DNA from: an uncultured bacterium
GTDB lineage: Bacteria; Auribacterota; Erginobacteria; Erginobacterales; Erginobacteraceae
Direction of reading: 5' to 3'
DNA length: 64,000 bases
Assembly: GCA_963822585.1 (NCBI GenBank)
Contig: CAWGIE010000035.1
Location: 128,001-192,000 of the forward strand
A program made the position numbers and the translations under genes. Positions 10,761-22,046 of this stretch are shown here, one piece after another. The notes beneath the pieces are model-generated. The model was not told the origin of the DNA. It was given only the letters and a program-made list of their open reading frames with translations, and made no database searches. Position 1 is the stretch's first letter; each line of letters begins with the position of its first letter.

Positions 10761-11285
10761 TCAGCCGTCACTCCGGCAAAGTCCGACCAGGCGGGCCCGG
10801 GCCAGGATATGTCCCCGCATGGCGGCTTCCAGCTGTTGCCGGGTGGCGCCCCCGCCCAGTTCGAGCATCCGGTCGAGAGCGTAGACCGTGAATACATACC
10901 GGTGGGTGCCGGAGGGCGGGGAAGGGCCGTCATAACCCGTTTTTCGGAAATCGTTCAGACCCTCCCGCCCGGGGACCGTGCCCTCCTCGATCCGGGCGGC
11001 GGGCGGTATGTCATAGACCACCCAATGGACCCAGTTTCCCGAAGGGGCGTCGGGATCATCGACCACCAGGGCGAGGGAGCGGGTATCAGCCGGGAGGTCC
11101 TGGATGTCGAGCGGCGGACTCACATTTCCGCCAAAACGGGAATACTGCCGGGGAATCATCCCCCCCTCCCGGAAGGCGGGGCTGGACAGGATCATCGGCG
11201 ATTCCTCCCCGGGGGAAGAGCGCGCCCTCGCCGGATAGATGCCGCCGATGAGGAAAAACAGGATAATGCAGAGTAACGTAAGCAT
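10761..11285 (-). CDS. YbhB/YbcL family (PEBP, Raf kinase inhibitor-like) protein
   Basis: NVSPPL, DDPDAP, WVHWVVY, YDGPSPPSGTHRY. Confidence 0.92.
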   Translation of the reverse strand: MLTLLCIILFFLIGGIYPARARSSPGEESPMILSSPAFREGGMIPRQYSRFGGNVSPPLDIQDLPADTRSLALVVDDPDAPSGNWVHWVVYDIPPAARIEEGTVPGREGLNDFRKTGYDGPSPPSGTHRYVFTVYALDRMLELGGGATRQQLEAAMRGHILARARLVGLCRSDG

Positions 11286-11434
11286 GCCGATATCCTCCTT
11301 TTTTCGCTCATAACTGCGTCACCGGCATCATATCAGGCCGTCGGGTTGAAAACAGGGTAAACGCCGCCGGGGAAAATGTCAAGCCGGCCCCCGCGGGTTA
11401 AAGAGTAACACCTAGCCCGGGCAGGTTCCCGCCG

Positions 11435-11610
11435 CTAAATATACTCCTCAGTCGTGCCGGAGGACGCATGGGGGACGGTAACGGTCATTTGACCGTCATG
11501 GCACTCGGTCTTCATCCCGGCCGCCTCAATCGGCCCGGGGAGGGTGAGCGACTGGCTGTAGGAACTGCTGTACCTTTCATAACGGGAACTTCCCGGATTA
11601 TCTTTTGCGT
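11435..11610 (-). pseudogene. C-terminal remnant of an Hsp20/alpha-crystallin gene
   Basis: RYERYSSSYSQSLTLPGPIEAAGMKTECHDGQMTVTVP resembles the Hsp20 C-terminus; no own start. Confidence 0.55.
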
Positions 11611-11679
11611 TACAAGCGATCCGCGATCTCACGAAAGGGGAAATAGAGGGAGGAAGATGAAGGGTTTTCCCAAGAGGGA

Positions 11680-12978
11680 TCAGCTCCGGTTGGAAACCGC
11701 GGCGGGGGTAGGGCGGTAGTCTTCCCGGTAATCGGTGCTTTTCCTGATCATGTGCCAGGCCATCGGGCGTTTGAGCAGGGCGCAGGTGATTCCTTTCAGA
11801 ACGAAGAATATGGTTATCAGCCCGATGCTGAAGGCGGAGACGAGCATCCTGAAGAAGAGCTTGATCTGCCGGGCGTGGAACAAAGCCACCACGCTCATGA
11901 AGAGGAGCCCGGAGGTAAGAAGCACATTGAAGGCGGCTTCCGAGATGGCGTGCTGCGCCTCGACCGGTGCCGGCCGGGCGGTGACGAGGCTCAGGATGCT
12001 GCTGATGATCAGCCCGGCGATCAGGATGGGGAAGATATAACCGAGTCCGGAGAACATGCTGAATACCTTTCTCTTCATCCTGATCCGACGGTTCAGAAGA
12101 ATCCCCCGGAAGTGGATCATGTAGGCGCTGATCACCCCGTGCGCCCACCTCATCTGCTGCCGGTAGAGATCGGTCGCGTTCTGGGGGACTTCATTTAAAC
12201 AGGGAAGGTCGGGCAGGTAGATCATCTTCTTGTTATTCCTGATCATCCGGAGCGAGAACTCGATATCCTCGGTCAGGATGCCCGGTCTCCATCCGCCCAG
12301 TTCCACCAGTACGGATTTTCTTACCGCCTCGGCGGAACCACAGATAAACGAGCACCCGAAGATGTTCATGAAGGGGAGAAATACTTGGTGAAAAGAGTAG
12401 CCCATGGTGGAACCCATAACCGTGGCCAGGTTCTTCCCCGGGTTGGTGAAGTCCCACCGGGCCTGAGCGGAAGCAACCTCCGGGTCATGCACGAAAGGGG
12501 AGACGATCCGGGGGATGAAATCCGGGCCCGGCATGAAGTCGGAGTCGAAAATGACGATAATCTCTCCCCGGCTTTCCTTCAGCATATTGTTGAGATTGCC
12601 GGGCTTGAAGCCGGACTTATCCATCCGCCTGGTTACCTCAACCCGGGGATGCCGGCGGACGAAATCATCGATCTGCCGTGAAATCTCCGGCTGGTCGCTG
12701 TCGTCACCGAGTAAAATCTGCAGCCGGTCGGGGGGGTAGTCGGATTCCAGGCACATCCGCGCGCAGCGAAGGGCGATGATCTCGTTCCTGGTCGGTATCT
12801 GGACCGTTACCAGGGGCGCTTTTTCCAGGTCCAGGTCTACCTCGTTGTTTTTTTTGCGGCGGCAGATCACCACGGCGGTGATGAAGAAAAGAATCAAACT
12901 GACCGCTATCGCAAGGTAAAGAAAGACGGTAAAGGTCAGGCTGAACAAAAGATGGACAATGGAGAGCACCGGATTCAT
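11680..12978 (-). CDS. Glycosyltransferase family 2, processive cellulose-synthase-like
   Basis: DDSD, GFKPGNLN, FDSDF, TED, QQMRW; flanking TM segments. Confidence 0.9.
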   Translation of the reverse strand: MNPVLSIVHLLFSLTFTVFLYLAIAVSLILFFITAVVICRRKKNNEVDLDLEKAPLVTVQIPTRNEIIALRCARMCLESDYPPDRLQILLGDDSDQPEISRQIDDFVRRHPRVEVTRRMDKSGFKPGNLNNMLKESRGEIIVIFDSDFMPGPDFIPRIVSPFVHDPEVASAQARWDFTNPGKNLATVMGSTMGYSFHQVFLPFMNIFGCSFICGSAEAVRKSVLVELGGWRPGILTEDIEFSLRMIRNNKKMIYLPDLPCLNEVPQNATDLYRQQMRWAHGVISAYMIHFRGILLNRRIRMKRKVFSMFSGLGYIFPILIAGLIISSILSLVTARPAPVEAQHAISEAAFNVLLTSGLLFMSVVALFHARQIKLFFRMLVSAFSIGLITIFFVLKGITCALLKRPMAWHMIRKSTDYREDYRPTPAAVSNRS

Positions 12979-13121
12979 CGATTATCTATCAGGCTTATCA
13001 TAAACATCAGCGGCGGACTGTTCACACAGAAGTCAGTTGCCGTAACAATACCGTTATTATACTAAAGACGGCATTCTATATCACCTTGTTTTTTAACCGG
13101 GAGCGGATGCGCCGGCGCCGG

Positions 13122-13403
13122 TCAGAGGTGTTCCCGTCTGATGCCGATGATCACCCCGTCAACCGCCGTCTCCAGACGGGTTTCTATCTCCTCCAGTATC
13201 CGGTCGACGGCTCTCTGATCGGCCGCGGCGGCGATAAATGACCACTGCGCGCGCTGGTGTTCGTTTTGATAGCCGCTCTCACAGACGGCCAGATTAACCT
13301 GTTTGCCGAACCGGTCCCGGATCCCCCGGACGCGATGCCGTTTCTCTTTCAGTGAACGGCACCCCGGCAGGTGAAAATCGACGATGAGCAGGCGTATCTT
13401 CAC
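13122..13403 (-). CDS. DUF503 (YlxP-like) protein
   Basis: HLPGCRSLKEKR...N.AV.E. Confidence 0.85.
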   Translation of the reverse strand: MKIRLLIVDFHLPGCRSLKEKRHRVRGIRDRFGKQVNLAVCESGYQNEHQRAQWSFIAAAADQRAVDRILEEIETRLETAVDGVIIGIRREHL

Positions 13404-13603
13404 TTCCCAATTTTTTCAGGGATTTCCTTGAGGTAACGGAAAAAACGATCCCAGTGCAGGGAGTATTCCCGTTGATGAGATTCCGAAATCTCCACGCCCT
13501 TCTGCTCGTTCTCAGTTACCACGTCTCTGACCTCAAGCGTCTTGCTCCGGATGAAAATGAAGACGAAAAGGGCGATGATAACCAGGATGATCAATTTTTT
13601 CAT
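13400..13603 (-). CDS. Small membrane-anchored hypothetical protein
   Basis: AGGAG RBS upstream of MKKLIILVII; stop overlaps DUF503 start. Confidence 0.6.
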   Translation of the reverse strand: MKKLIILVIIALFVFIFIRSKTLEVRDVVTENEQKGVEISESHQREYSLHWDRFFRYLKEIPEKIGK

Positions 13604-13904
13604 TGGCAAACATCTCCTTATTGCCCGATCAGCCGGGCGCCCCACAATGCTATGCCCCGTTCAAACAACATAATTTCTTTGAGATAAAACTGATTATAAC
13701 CACGAAGAACACCCCGTACAATAAACTTCGTTTATCACGGGGCAGGCTCCGGACACGAAGAAATTAATGGACAGATTGTTCAGGATTAATCCGATTCATT
13801 CATAAATGGGGTTAACTCACTCCGGCATATCAATAAGCCGGTCCGCCGGTTTCCCGCATCCTTTTTTCTCTTCGTGAACTTCGTGTCCTTCGTGGTGAAA
13901 AAAC

Positions 13905-15148
13905 TCAGTCCAGCAGGTGAATGATGAGCCCGGAGCGGAGCTTGGGCTCGAACCAGGTGGATTTCGGGGGCATGAACATTCTCCGGTCGGCGATCTCCAT
14001 CAGCTGGTCGATCGAGGTGGGATAGAGGGAAAAGGCGACCGCGTCGCCCCCGTCGACCCGCCGTTGCAGGGCGCCGGGCCCGCGGATGCCCCCCACGAAG
14101 TCGATCCGCGCGTCCTTGCGGGGATCTTCGATCCCCAGGATCGGGGAGAGAAGGTTCCGCTGCAGGATGGCGACGTCGAGCGAATTGACGGGATCATCGG
14201 CCGGGAAACTCCCCTCCCGGGCGGTAAGCCGGTACCATTGCCCGGCCAGGTACATCCCGAAAGTGTGCGGCAGGGGGGAGAGAACGGCCGGTTGCCGGTC
14301 GCCGGGACGATCTCGAATGATTCGGCGACCCGCCCCAGGAACTCTTCCGGGGAAAGGCCGTTAAGATCGCCGACCACCCGGTTATAGCCCATGATGTGCA
14401 GTTGATCGTGCGGAAAAAGGACGGCCAGGAAGTAATTGTATTCTTCGTCACCGGTATGCGAGGGGTTCTCCGCGCGCCGTTTTTGGCCGACTTTCGTCCC
14501 CGCGGCGGACCGGTGGTGCCCGTCGGCGACATAGAGTCGTTCGATCCCGGCGAAGATATCCCGGATCCCGGCCAGCGTCTCCGGGTCCTCGATCTTCCAG
14601 AAGGTATGCCTGACGCCGTTGTCAGCCGTGAAGTCGTAGAGGGGGGCCTTTCGGGTCACTTCCTCCGTCAGGGACGTCATCTCCCCGGTCGACCGGTAGG
14701 TGAGAAAGACCGGACCGGTATTGGCGTTGAGAGTTTCGACGTGCCTGATTCGGTCGCCCTCTTTTTCGGCCCGGGTATGTTCGTGTTTCTTGATAAGGTC
14801 GTTCTCGTAGTCCTCGATCGAAGCCGCCGCCACCAGGCCCGTCTGGGCGAGATCGCCCATGGTCAGGCGGTAGAAATAAAAAGAGGGTTTGCTGTCCTGG
14901 ATCAGAATGCCTTCTTTAATCAGGCGGTCCAGGTTGCCCCGGCCTTTGTTGTAGACGGCATCGGAATAGATATCAGTCTCCTCCGGCAGGTCGATTTCCG
15001 GTTTGACCACGTGCAGGAAACTATAGGGTTTATCCTGGGCCATGATCCTGGCTTCCCGTGAATCAAGGACATCATAGGGGGGCGAGGCGACAGCTTCGGC
15101 TTTCTCCGGAATCGGCCGCAGTCCCCGGAATTCTTTGATCTTAACCAT
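13905..15148 (-). pseudogene. DUF1015 family protein, single frameshift near 14270 (or sequence error)
   Basis: ASPPYDV, IKKHEHT, YVADGHHR in one frame; IDFVGGIRG and MPPKSTWFEPK in the next; G-run at 14273-14278. Confidence 0.88.
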
Positions 15149-15242
15149 AAGATGACTCCTGGTGCAGTATCCCTGTGATAAACGAAAAATAAATCAGGGA
15201 CGTAATAATCCGATTGTTATAGTAGTTACATCAACGATTACG

Positions 15243-15316
15243 GTCATTGCGAGCGTAGCGAAGCAATCTCTTTTTCCGCTTAGAGTTGAGATTGCTTCGC
15301 TCCGTTCGCAATGACT
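15243..15316. repeat. REP-like doublet of the GTCATTGCGAG...GAAGCAATCTC family
   Basis: Two inverted units here; related copies at about 4156-4188 and 9013-9078. Confidence 0.75.
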
Positions 15317-15788
15317 ATTGAAGAGAATGCGATTTATTTAAATGTTCTACTTAGGGTGAATAAACTGCTGCGATTGCTTCAATGCTTGCACATTCTTATT
15401 TATCCTCCCCGCCCCGAAGTATTAATCGGGGAAGGGAAAATAAGATTATATATCAATTCGCCGCCCGGAAATAAAGAGGAAGTGAATAATTGTTAACCGT
15501 TTTTAACCTGTATTATCGTTCAATGTATTACGAATAGCAAACAGGTTAATACGATGACAGTACACTGTTTAGCTTCCCCGAAAGAACAATGTTGTGTTCT
15601 TTCGGTTACCGTTGCCGCCAGAATGAGACTCTTGGCTGTAATTCATTGCCGGAGTATATGATAAAGTCGATATGCTTTTGTATTGCTGTTCTTTTAAATG
15701 TTGTCATTGTTCGAAACTACCCCGATTTAATAATAAATCGGGGTAATTGCTTATTTCCCGCGTCGGCCGGGATTGCTATACTCTACCC

Positions 15789-16643
15789 ATGCCCGCGGAA
15801 GATATTTATTATGTTAACGGTGAGTTCGTTCCCGCTGAAGAAGCCTCGATACCGGTCGACGATCTGGCTCTGCTCAGGGGATACGGCGTTTTCGATTTTA
15901 TGCGGACCTACGGCGGGAAGCCGTTCTGCATTGAGGAACACGTCTCGCGCCTGAAGGAATCCGCCCGCCTGACCGGCATCCCCTTCCCGTGGACGGTCGA
16001 GGAAATGATCGGGATCGTGCAGCAGACCGTGGCCCGCAATCGCCATAACGAGTCAAACATCACCGTCATCGTGACCGGGGGATCCAGCTCCGATTTTCTT
16101 ACTCCGGCCGGCCGGCCGCGGCTGCTGGTCCTGGTGAGACCTCTCCGGCCCTGCCCCCGGGAGTGGTATGCCCGGGGGGTTAAAGTAATCACCCTTCCCG
16201 GGCGCCGTTCCATCCCGGGCGCCAAGACCGTCAATTATCTTTCGGCCATCATCGCCCTGGAGGCGGCCCGCCGGCAGGGAGCGATGGAAGCCGTTTTCGT
16301 GAATGATTCCGGCAACGTTCTCGAAGGCCAGACCGCTACCGTCTTCGCCTTTTTCGGGGAGAAGCTGGTGACGAATGAAAAGGGCATTCTGCCCGGGATT
16401 ACGCGGGGGCTGGTCCTTCGTTTGACGGAATCCGTCTTTGAGCGGGAGATCCGCGATCTGACCATCGGGGAACTGCTGGCGGCGGACGAGGTCTTCATGA
16501 CGGCATCCAACAAGGAAATAGTCCCGGTGGTAAAGGTGGACGAAACCATCATTTCAAACGGCGTCCCCGGCCCGGGCACCCGTAAGATCATGGAATTGTT
16601 CAGGGAATACACCCGCCGCTTCGGAATCACAAGAAACCGCTGA
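15789..16643 (+). CDS. Class IV PLP aminotransferase (branched-chain/D-amino acid type)
   Basis: RGYGVFDF.R, AKTVNY, EG..ATVF, ILPGITR, ADEVFMT. Confidence 0.92.
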   Translation: MPAEDIYYVNGEFVPAEEASIPVDDLALLRGYGVFDFMRTYGGKPFCIEEHVSRLKESARLTGIPFPWTVEEMIGIVQQTVARNRHNESNITVIVTGGSSSDFLTPAGRPRLLVLVRPLRPCPREWYARGVKVITLPGRRSIPGAKTVNYLSAIIALEAARRQGAMEAVFVNDSGNVLEGQTATVFAFFGEKLVTNEKGILPGITRGLVLRLTESVFEREIRDLTIGELLAADEVFMTASNKEIVPVVKVDETIISNGVPGPGTRKIMELFREYTRRFGITRNR

Positions 16644-16811
16644 TTAAGCGGATTAAACGGATTTGGTTTTCTTTTATCAGCATAATCCACTCAATCCGCG
16701 GTTAAATAAGCAACGAAGTTTCAATGATATTTATGACGCGGGGAGGCGGCCGGTGTGGACGGTAACCTCCGTCTCTTTTCCCCCGCGGAGGATGGTGAGC
16801 CGTACCGGCAC

Positions 16812-17276
16812 CTAGACAAGTTCGATGACGACCCAGCCGGAATCCGGATCGTTTCCGGAAACGGCGAGGCCGGCCAGTATCTTCCATTCGTGCCGGGCGG
16901 TCATCCCGATGTATGTCGGGAGGACGTCCGCCGGGAGAGTGACGGTGGTCTCCCAGTCGTACTCTTCCTTCGCTTTCAGGGTCTGCGGTCCGGCCACCTC
17001 GATCTTATGATCGAAAACGGTGGTGGTCCTCTCCAGATCTTCTTTGACTTTCTCCACCGTTTCGCCGACCAGCCGGGCGATCTCGACGTCCTTGATGACA
17101 ACCGTCTCCATCGACGCGATCTTCAAATAGACCTGCTCGATCGGGATGTCGGCTTCCTCGACCGCCGCGTGAATTTTGACCTGGAAAGGACCGCCGAGGG
17201 TGGGTTCGACCGCCGCGACCGATACTTTAGCTCCTCCCCCGGTGACAAAATTTTTCAGCTTATTGAAGAATCCCAT
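16812..17276 (-). CDS. Hypothetical protein, SpoOM/arrestin-like beta-sandwich
   Basis: MGFF.KLK..GG.AKV start; LP..VLPTY and W.ILAGL.V.G.DP. Confidence 0.55.
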   Translation of the reverse strand: MGFFNKLKNFVTGGGAKVSVAAVEPTLGGPFQVKIHAAVEEADIPIEQVYLKIASMETVVIKDVEIARLVGETVEKVKEDLERTTTVFDHKIEVAGPQTLKAKEEYDWETTVTLPADVLPTYIGMTARHEWKILAGLAVSGNDPDSGWVVIELV

Positions 17277-17384
17277 GTCTCCCCCCCTATCAGTTACCTT
17301 CGTTAAAAATGATAATTACCGCATATCTCGCTCACTATAATATTTACCGGCCCGGCGGACAAGATATAATAATCTCCACCGTGT

Positions 17385-18971
17385 TCATCCACGGTTCCCG
17401 ACCATTCCCCGAAGCCCGTTCAGCGGGATAATGGCCCACGCGGGCCGATTGTTGAGTTCGTAATTCAGCTCGTAGACGGCCTTTTCCAGGATGCAGAGAT
17501 CGAGCAACTCTTTTCGGGTATCCTCGCTTCCCAAAAGAACGGCCGCCTTCCCGCCCATCTCCCGCAGATAGGAGGAAAGGAAGCGATCGCTCATGATCCG
17601 ATACCATTTTTCCGCCCGGGAGGTAGGGGAGGTTATTTCTCCGGTCTCGGGCTCCGGTTGGAGGAAGATCGCGCCATAGGCGGCATAGTGCAAAGAACGG
17701 ATCATCCCGGCGACATCGACCAGCGGGGAACGTTTTCGCCTCCGTTCTTCAAGCGGCCGCGCCGGCTCCCCTTCAAAGTCGATAATCACGAAGTCTTTCT
17801 CCGTATGGAGAAGCTGTCCCAGATGGTAATCCCCGTGAATCCTGGTTACCATTCCTCCCGGGCGGAAAAGATTGATCTTCTCGGCCAGGTTTTTCTCAAC
17901 GGCCCCGCCGCGGAGAAGCGGCCGCGCCTCCCGGGCCGTTTCCGGAGGAAGTTCATCCACGGCCGAACGCAGCGTGGTCAGCGTTCGGTCGAGGAGAGAC
18001 CGGATGGAGGTTGATAGTTCTTCCCGGTCGCCCGGGGTGAAGGGCCGGGGCGCGAAATCGGGGTTATCCGGCGCCGCGGCCAGGGCTTGGTGAAGCTGGG
18101 CGGTCCGCGTTCCGATCAAGGCGGCGGACGGGGAATAACCCTGGAGGCATTTCTTTTCCTCTTCCGGGGATTCCGCCCGGAGATACGCGGCGACCGCCCG
18201 CAGGGAATAATTCCAGGCATCGTCTTGATGGGGTACATATGCCTGGAGCAGGCCGATGGCGGCGGTTCCGGCACCCTCGGTTTCGAGTTCCAGCAGGCCG
18301 GCAAAAGGGGCGACATGGGGGAATCCGGCCTCCTCGGTCAGAAACCGGCTCATCTCTACCTCCGGATGACCGCCGACCGCCAGGCGGCGGTAGAGCTTGA
18401 AGATGAAATCTTTCCCGTAAGAGAACGAGGTATTGCTCTGCTCTTTGTCCAGCAGTTCGGTCTGGGGGAGGCAGTGTCCTTCCCCGAACCATTGCCGGAG
18501 GGCTTCTCCCGGAATCCCCCGCAGCTGGAACGGCCCTTGCCGCTCACTGTCTTTTCCCGCCATCAGCCGGAAACAATTCTTCCGGAAACGCGGGTCATAG
18601 ACGGCATCGAAAAGGATCCCCTTCTCCTCTCCCAGGGTGAGCCGGGCCAGGACCGGAAAGGCGGGGGATTGCTCGCTTCCGGCAGCCGGTTCCCCCTGGT
18701 GAAAAGAAAGGGGAAGGAGGTACCGCTCGGCATCTCCATCACGGTAGGAGACGGCAAGGATATAAAGGTAAGCCGTGGCGCCGCCGCCCCTCAGCGGTAC
18801 CGGATCGCCGACCCGGACGGACCGGATCTGTCTGGCCTTCCCGCCGAACCAGCGGCATCCCCGGAGATAATCGGGAAGAAGCGGTTCCAGTTCACGACGG
18901 AGGGGGCCTTGAAAAACGCTCTCCGGGGAGGAGCCCGCGGGAAAGACGATGCTCTTCGGGTGGTTCTTCAT
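17385..18971 (-). CDS. Putative maltokinase (TreS-fused/Mak type)
   Basis: RWFGGK, EQSNTS, FKLYRR, RIHGDYHLGQ, IDFEGEP, DVAGMIRS, EKAVYELNYELNNRP. Confidence 0.9.
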   Translation of the reverse strand: MKNHPKSIVFPAGSSPESVFQGPLRRELEPLLPDYLRGCRWFGGKARQIRSVRVGDPVPLRGGGATAYLYILAVSYRDGDAERYLLPLSFHQGEPAAGSEQSPAFPVLARLTLGEEKGILFDAVYDPRFRKNCFRLMAGKDSERQGPFQLRGIPGEALRQWFGEGHCLPQTELLDKEQSNTSFSYGKDFIFKLYRRLAVGGHPEVEMSRFLTEEAGFPHVAPFAGLLELETEGAGTAAIGLLQAYVPHQDDAWNYSLRAVAAYLRAESPEEEKKCLQGYSPSAALIGTRTAQLHQALAAAPDNPDFAPRPFTPGDREELSTSIRSLLDRTLTTLRSAVDELPPETAREARPLLRGGAVEKNLAEKINLFRPGGMVTRIHGDYHLGQLLHTEKDFVIIDFEGEPARPLEERRRKRSPLVDVAGMIRSLHYAAYGAIFLQPEPETGEITSPTSRAEKWYRIMSDRFLSSYLREMGGKAAVLLGSEDTRKELLDLCILEKAVYELNYELNNRPAWAIIPLNGLRGMVGNRG

Positions 18972-19193
18972 GCCTCCATTATACAGGCATCACGACCCCC
19001 GGGAAGATGAAATTACCCCGCCCCGGCGCTCGGCTGTCCGTCCGCCCGGCAATCCCGGTTTTTATTTGCCGCCCGTTTTCCCCCTTGCTATACTCTGAAG
19101 CACCGCGGACCGGATTATCCCGGCCGGCGGGTGTTTATAATGCGTCATCTTGAACGATGGTCGACCTTCCGGCATCGAAAGGGGCGAGGAGCG

Positions 19194-20426
19194 ATGAAAA
19201 TACTGGTTTTAAACTGCGGCAGTTCTTCCGTGAAGTTTCAGGTCATAGAGACCTCAAAGGAACTGTTCGAGAAGCACGAGAACGTGGTCCACGCCAAGGG
19301 ACTGATCGAACGGATCGGCAAGGATGACGCGATTGTTAATTACACCGCGTTAGGCAGAGAGAAAATTCAGACGGTGGAACCGATCAGGGACCACCGGGAA
19401 GCGATCCGGAAAGTCCTCGATCTGCTCCTGGACAAGAAGACGGGGGTACTGGAAAACATCGATGAGATCGAGGCGGTCGGCCACCGGATGGTGCACGGAG
19501 GAGAGGAGTTCGCTTCTTCGGTCCTGATCGACGAGAAAGTGCTGGCCAAGATGCGCGAGTGTTCCGACCTGGCACCGCTCCATAACCCGGCCAATCTGAG
19601 GGGGTACGAGGCGGCAAAGGATGTTCTCCCCCGGGTGGAGCATGTGGGTGTTTTTGATACGGCGTTCCACCAGACGATGCCGCCCGCGTCCTATCTCTAC
19701 GCCATCCCCCTGAAATATTATCAACAATACAAAATCCGCCGGTTCGGGTTTCACGGGACCAGCCACCGGTTCGTTTTTTACCGGTACTGCAAGCTGGCCG
19801 GCCGGGAACCGTCCCGGACCAGCGCCGTCACCTGCCACCTCGGGAACGGCGCCTCGATCGCCGCCATCCGGGACGGGAAAAGCCTTGATACCTCGATGGG
19901 CTTCACCCCCCTGGAAGGACTGGTGATGGGGACCCGGAGCGGAGATCTGGACCCGGCGATCCATCAGTACGTCATCCACAAGGAAGGCAGCGATATCGAT
20001 GAGTTTACCCGGGTTCTCAACAAGGAGAGCGGGATGCTGGGGTTGAGCGGAATGTCAAACGACATGCGCGAGATTCTCGAGGCGGCGGCCGCGGGAAATG
20101 AGACCTGCGCCACCGCCCTGGATGTCTATTCCTACCGGCTGAAGAAATATATCGGGGCCTATATCGCCGCCATGAACGGGGCCGACGCGGTCATCTTTAC
20201 CGGCGGGGTGGGAGAGAATGCCGCCCTGGTCCGGGAGCAAGCGGCCGGGGACCTCGATTTTATCGGGATCGAGTTCGACGCCGGGAAAAATAAAGAGATG
20301 AACGGCCGGGAGGGGAAGATCTCCCGGGAGGATTCCCGGGTGGATGTCTACCTGATCCCGACCAACGAAGAGTTGGTCATCGCCTGGGACACGTACCAGT
20401 GTGTTAAAGAAGTCAGCGGTGAATAA
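19194..20426 (+). CDS. ackA: Acetate kinase
   Basis: LNCGSSS.K, GHRMVHGG, APLHNP, FDTAFH, GFHGTSH, TGGVGEN, PTNEEL. Confidence 0.96.
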   Translation: MKILVLNCGSSSVKFQVIETSKELFEKHENVVHAKGLIERIGKDDAIVNYTALGREKIQTVEPIRDHREAIRKVLDLLLDKKTGVLENIDEIEAVGHRMVHGGEEFASSVLIDEKVLAKMRECSDLAPLHNPANLRGYEAAKDVLPRVEHVGVFDTAFHQTMPPASYLYAIPLKYYQQYKIRRFGFHGTSHRFVFYRYCKLAGREPSRTSAVTCHLGNGASIAAIRDGKSLDTSMGFTPLEGLVMGTRSGDLDPAIHQYVIHKEGSDIDEFTRVLNKESGMLGLSGMSNDMREILEAAAAGNETCATALDVYSYRLKKYIGAYIAAMNGADAVIFTGGVGENAALVREQAAGDLDFIGIEFDAGKNKEMNGREGKISREDSRVDVYLIPTNEELVIAWDTYQCVKEVSGE

Positions 20427-20782
20427 ATAGTAGGGATTCTCCGATATAAACAACATTGGATAAATGGTGGGTTGGAGTGATGGAAGGGGAATAACCTCCT
20501 AACTTCATTACACTCATATTCTACTGCTCCGGAATTTCAATAGCTGTCAAGATACTAAACAACAGAGTGTTCCCCTGTCTCCGCCGGCGAGTAGTTTTTT
20601 AACTTTAGGCACTTTAAACTTTAGGCACTTTAGAACGTTGCCCGAGCGAAGCGAGGGCTAAGTTCCAGTTTAGGAATTTCAATAAAGCTGTGTAAAGTAT
20701 CAGGTGTCAGGTGTAAAGATCCATTACACTTTACACTTTAAACTTTACACTACAAGTTGCGCCGGAGGCGCTAACTTGTCTA

Positions 20783-21295
20783 ATGAACGAGTCTCACTCT
20801 AAAGCGGTGGTTAAAATTATGGAAGGCCTGGGGCACCGTGCCCAGGAGAGGGTCCGGAAGATCAGCGGGGCGGATCGGGTCGGAATGCTCTTCGCGGAGA
20901 TCAAGGATTCCGACGGGGAAAAGAGCAACGAGCCGGGATTCCGTGCCCGGGTAGAACAGATCTTGTACCTGGCCCGCAGCGGCGAGGCTGAAAAATATTA
21001 CGACTTCGGCGTGATCCAGATGGCCCTGGCCGTCCGGGCCTGGGATATCTGGGAAAAACTCTGGAGGGATAAGCATCCCGACCGGGAAGAGGAATGGGAG
21101 ACCGGAACCGATCATGCCCTGATGCGGGTCTGGCAGCAAAAGGTCCGCGAACTCTTTATCGAGCATCACCAGGAAAAAGTCCTCTCCCTGAGAATGAAGG
21201 ATTATATCCGCCGCTTGTTCGAAGGGGAATTGGACGAAGCCGGCGCCGGCGATATTGCCTCTTTTTTCTACAAGGCGTTTCACGAGGTTTATTAA
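20783..21295 (+). CDS. Hypothetical protein
   Basis: 170-aa ORF abutting the chorismate mutase start. Confidence 0.65.
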   Translation: MNESHSKAVVKIMEGLGHRAQERVRKISGADRVGMLFAEIKDSDGEKSNEPGFRARVEQILYLARSGEAEKYYDFGVIQMALAVRAWDIWEKLWRDKHPDREEEWETGTDHALMRVWQQKVRELFIEHHQEKVLSLRMKDYIRRLFEGELDEAGAGDIASFFYKAFHEVY

Positions 21296-22039
21296 ATGGG
21301 AGAACAACTCTTACTCGGCAACATCCGCAACGTCCTGGCCCGCCTGGAGGAAACGATTATTTTCGAGTTGATCGAGCGGGCCCAGTTCAAGCGGAACGAT
21401 ATCATCTACCAGCCCGGCGCCTTCGGGGCAGTGCTTGGGGGAGAAAGCCTGGTCGGGTTCCATCTCTTCGAGATCGAGAAGGTCCATGCCCGGATGCGGC
21501 GCTACACCAGCCCGGACGAGCACCCGTTTTCCCCCGATTTGCCCGGGCCGATTCTGCCGCCGCTTCATTACGCGGAGAATCCTCTCCGGCCCAATTCCGT
21601 CAATATCAACGCCCGGATCCGTACCGTCTATGAGCGGGAAATCGTCCCTCATATCTGCCGCCCCGGAGACGACAACCAGTATGGCTCCAGCTCGATGTGC
21701 GACGTCACCTGCCTGCAGGCGCTTTCCAAACGGATCCATTACGGAAAATTTGTCGCCGAAAGCAAGTTTCGCGCCGACCCCGCCGACTACCGGGCTCTCC
21801 GCGCCGCCGGGGATACCGCGGGGCTGATGGAGCGGATCACCGATCCGGAAGTCGAGGCCGGGGTTCTGGATCGTGTCGCGTTAAAAGCGGAGACCTACTG
21901 CCGCGAGTTGACGGGGGAAGGGGGGGATCCCAAGATCGATCCCCGGATCGTGGTCGACATCTACCGGCGCTGGATCATCCCGCTGAACAAAGACGTCCAG
22001 GTAGCGTATTTAATGGAAACCGCTTCCGCACCGCGATAA
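21296..22039 (+). CDS. Chorismate mutase, eukaryote-type (yeast Aro7/plant-like)
   Basis: L.NIR..L.RLEETIIF.LIERAQF, RRYTSPDEHPF, CLQALSKRIHYGKFVAESKF, WIIPL.K.VQV.YL. Confidence 0.9.
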   Translation: MGEQLLLGNIRNVLARLEETIIFELIERAQFKRNDIIYQPGAFGAVLGGESLVGFHLFEIEKVHARMRRYTSPDEHPFSPDLPGPILPPLHYAENPLRPNSVNINARIRTVYEREIVPHICRPGDDNQYGSSSMCDVTCLQALSKRIHYGKFVAESKFRADPADYRALRAAGDTAGLMERITDPEVEAGVLDRVALKAETYCRELTGEGGDPKIDPRIVVDIYRRWIIPLNKDVQVAYLMETASAPR

Positions 22040-22046
22040 CTGATAA

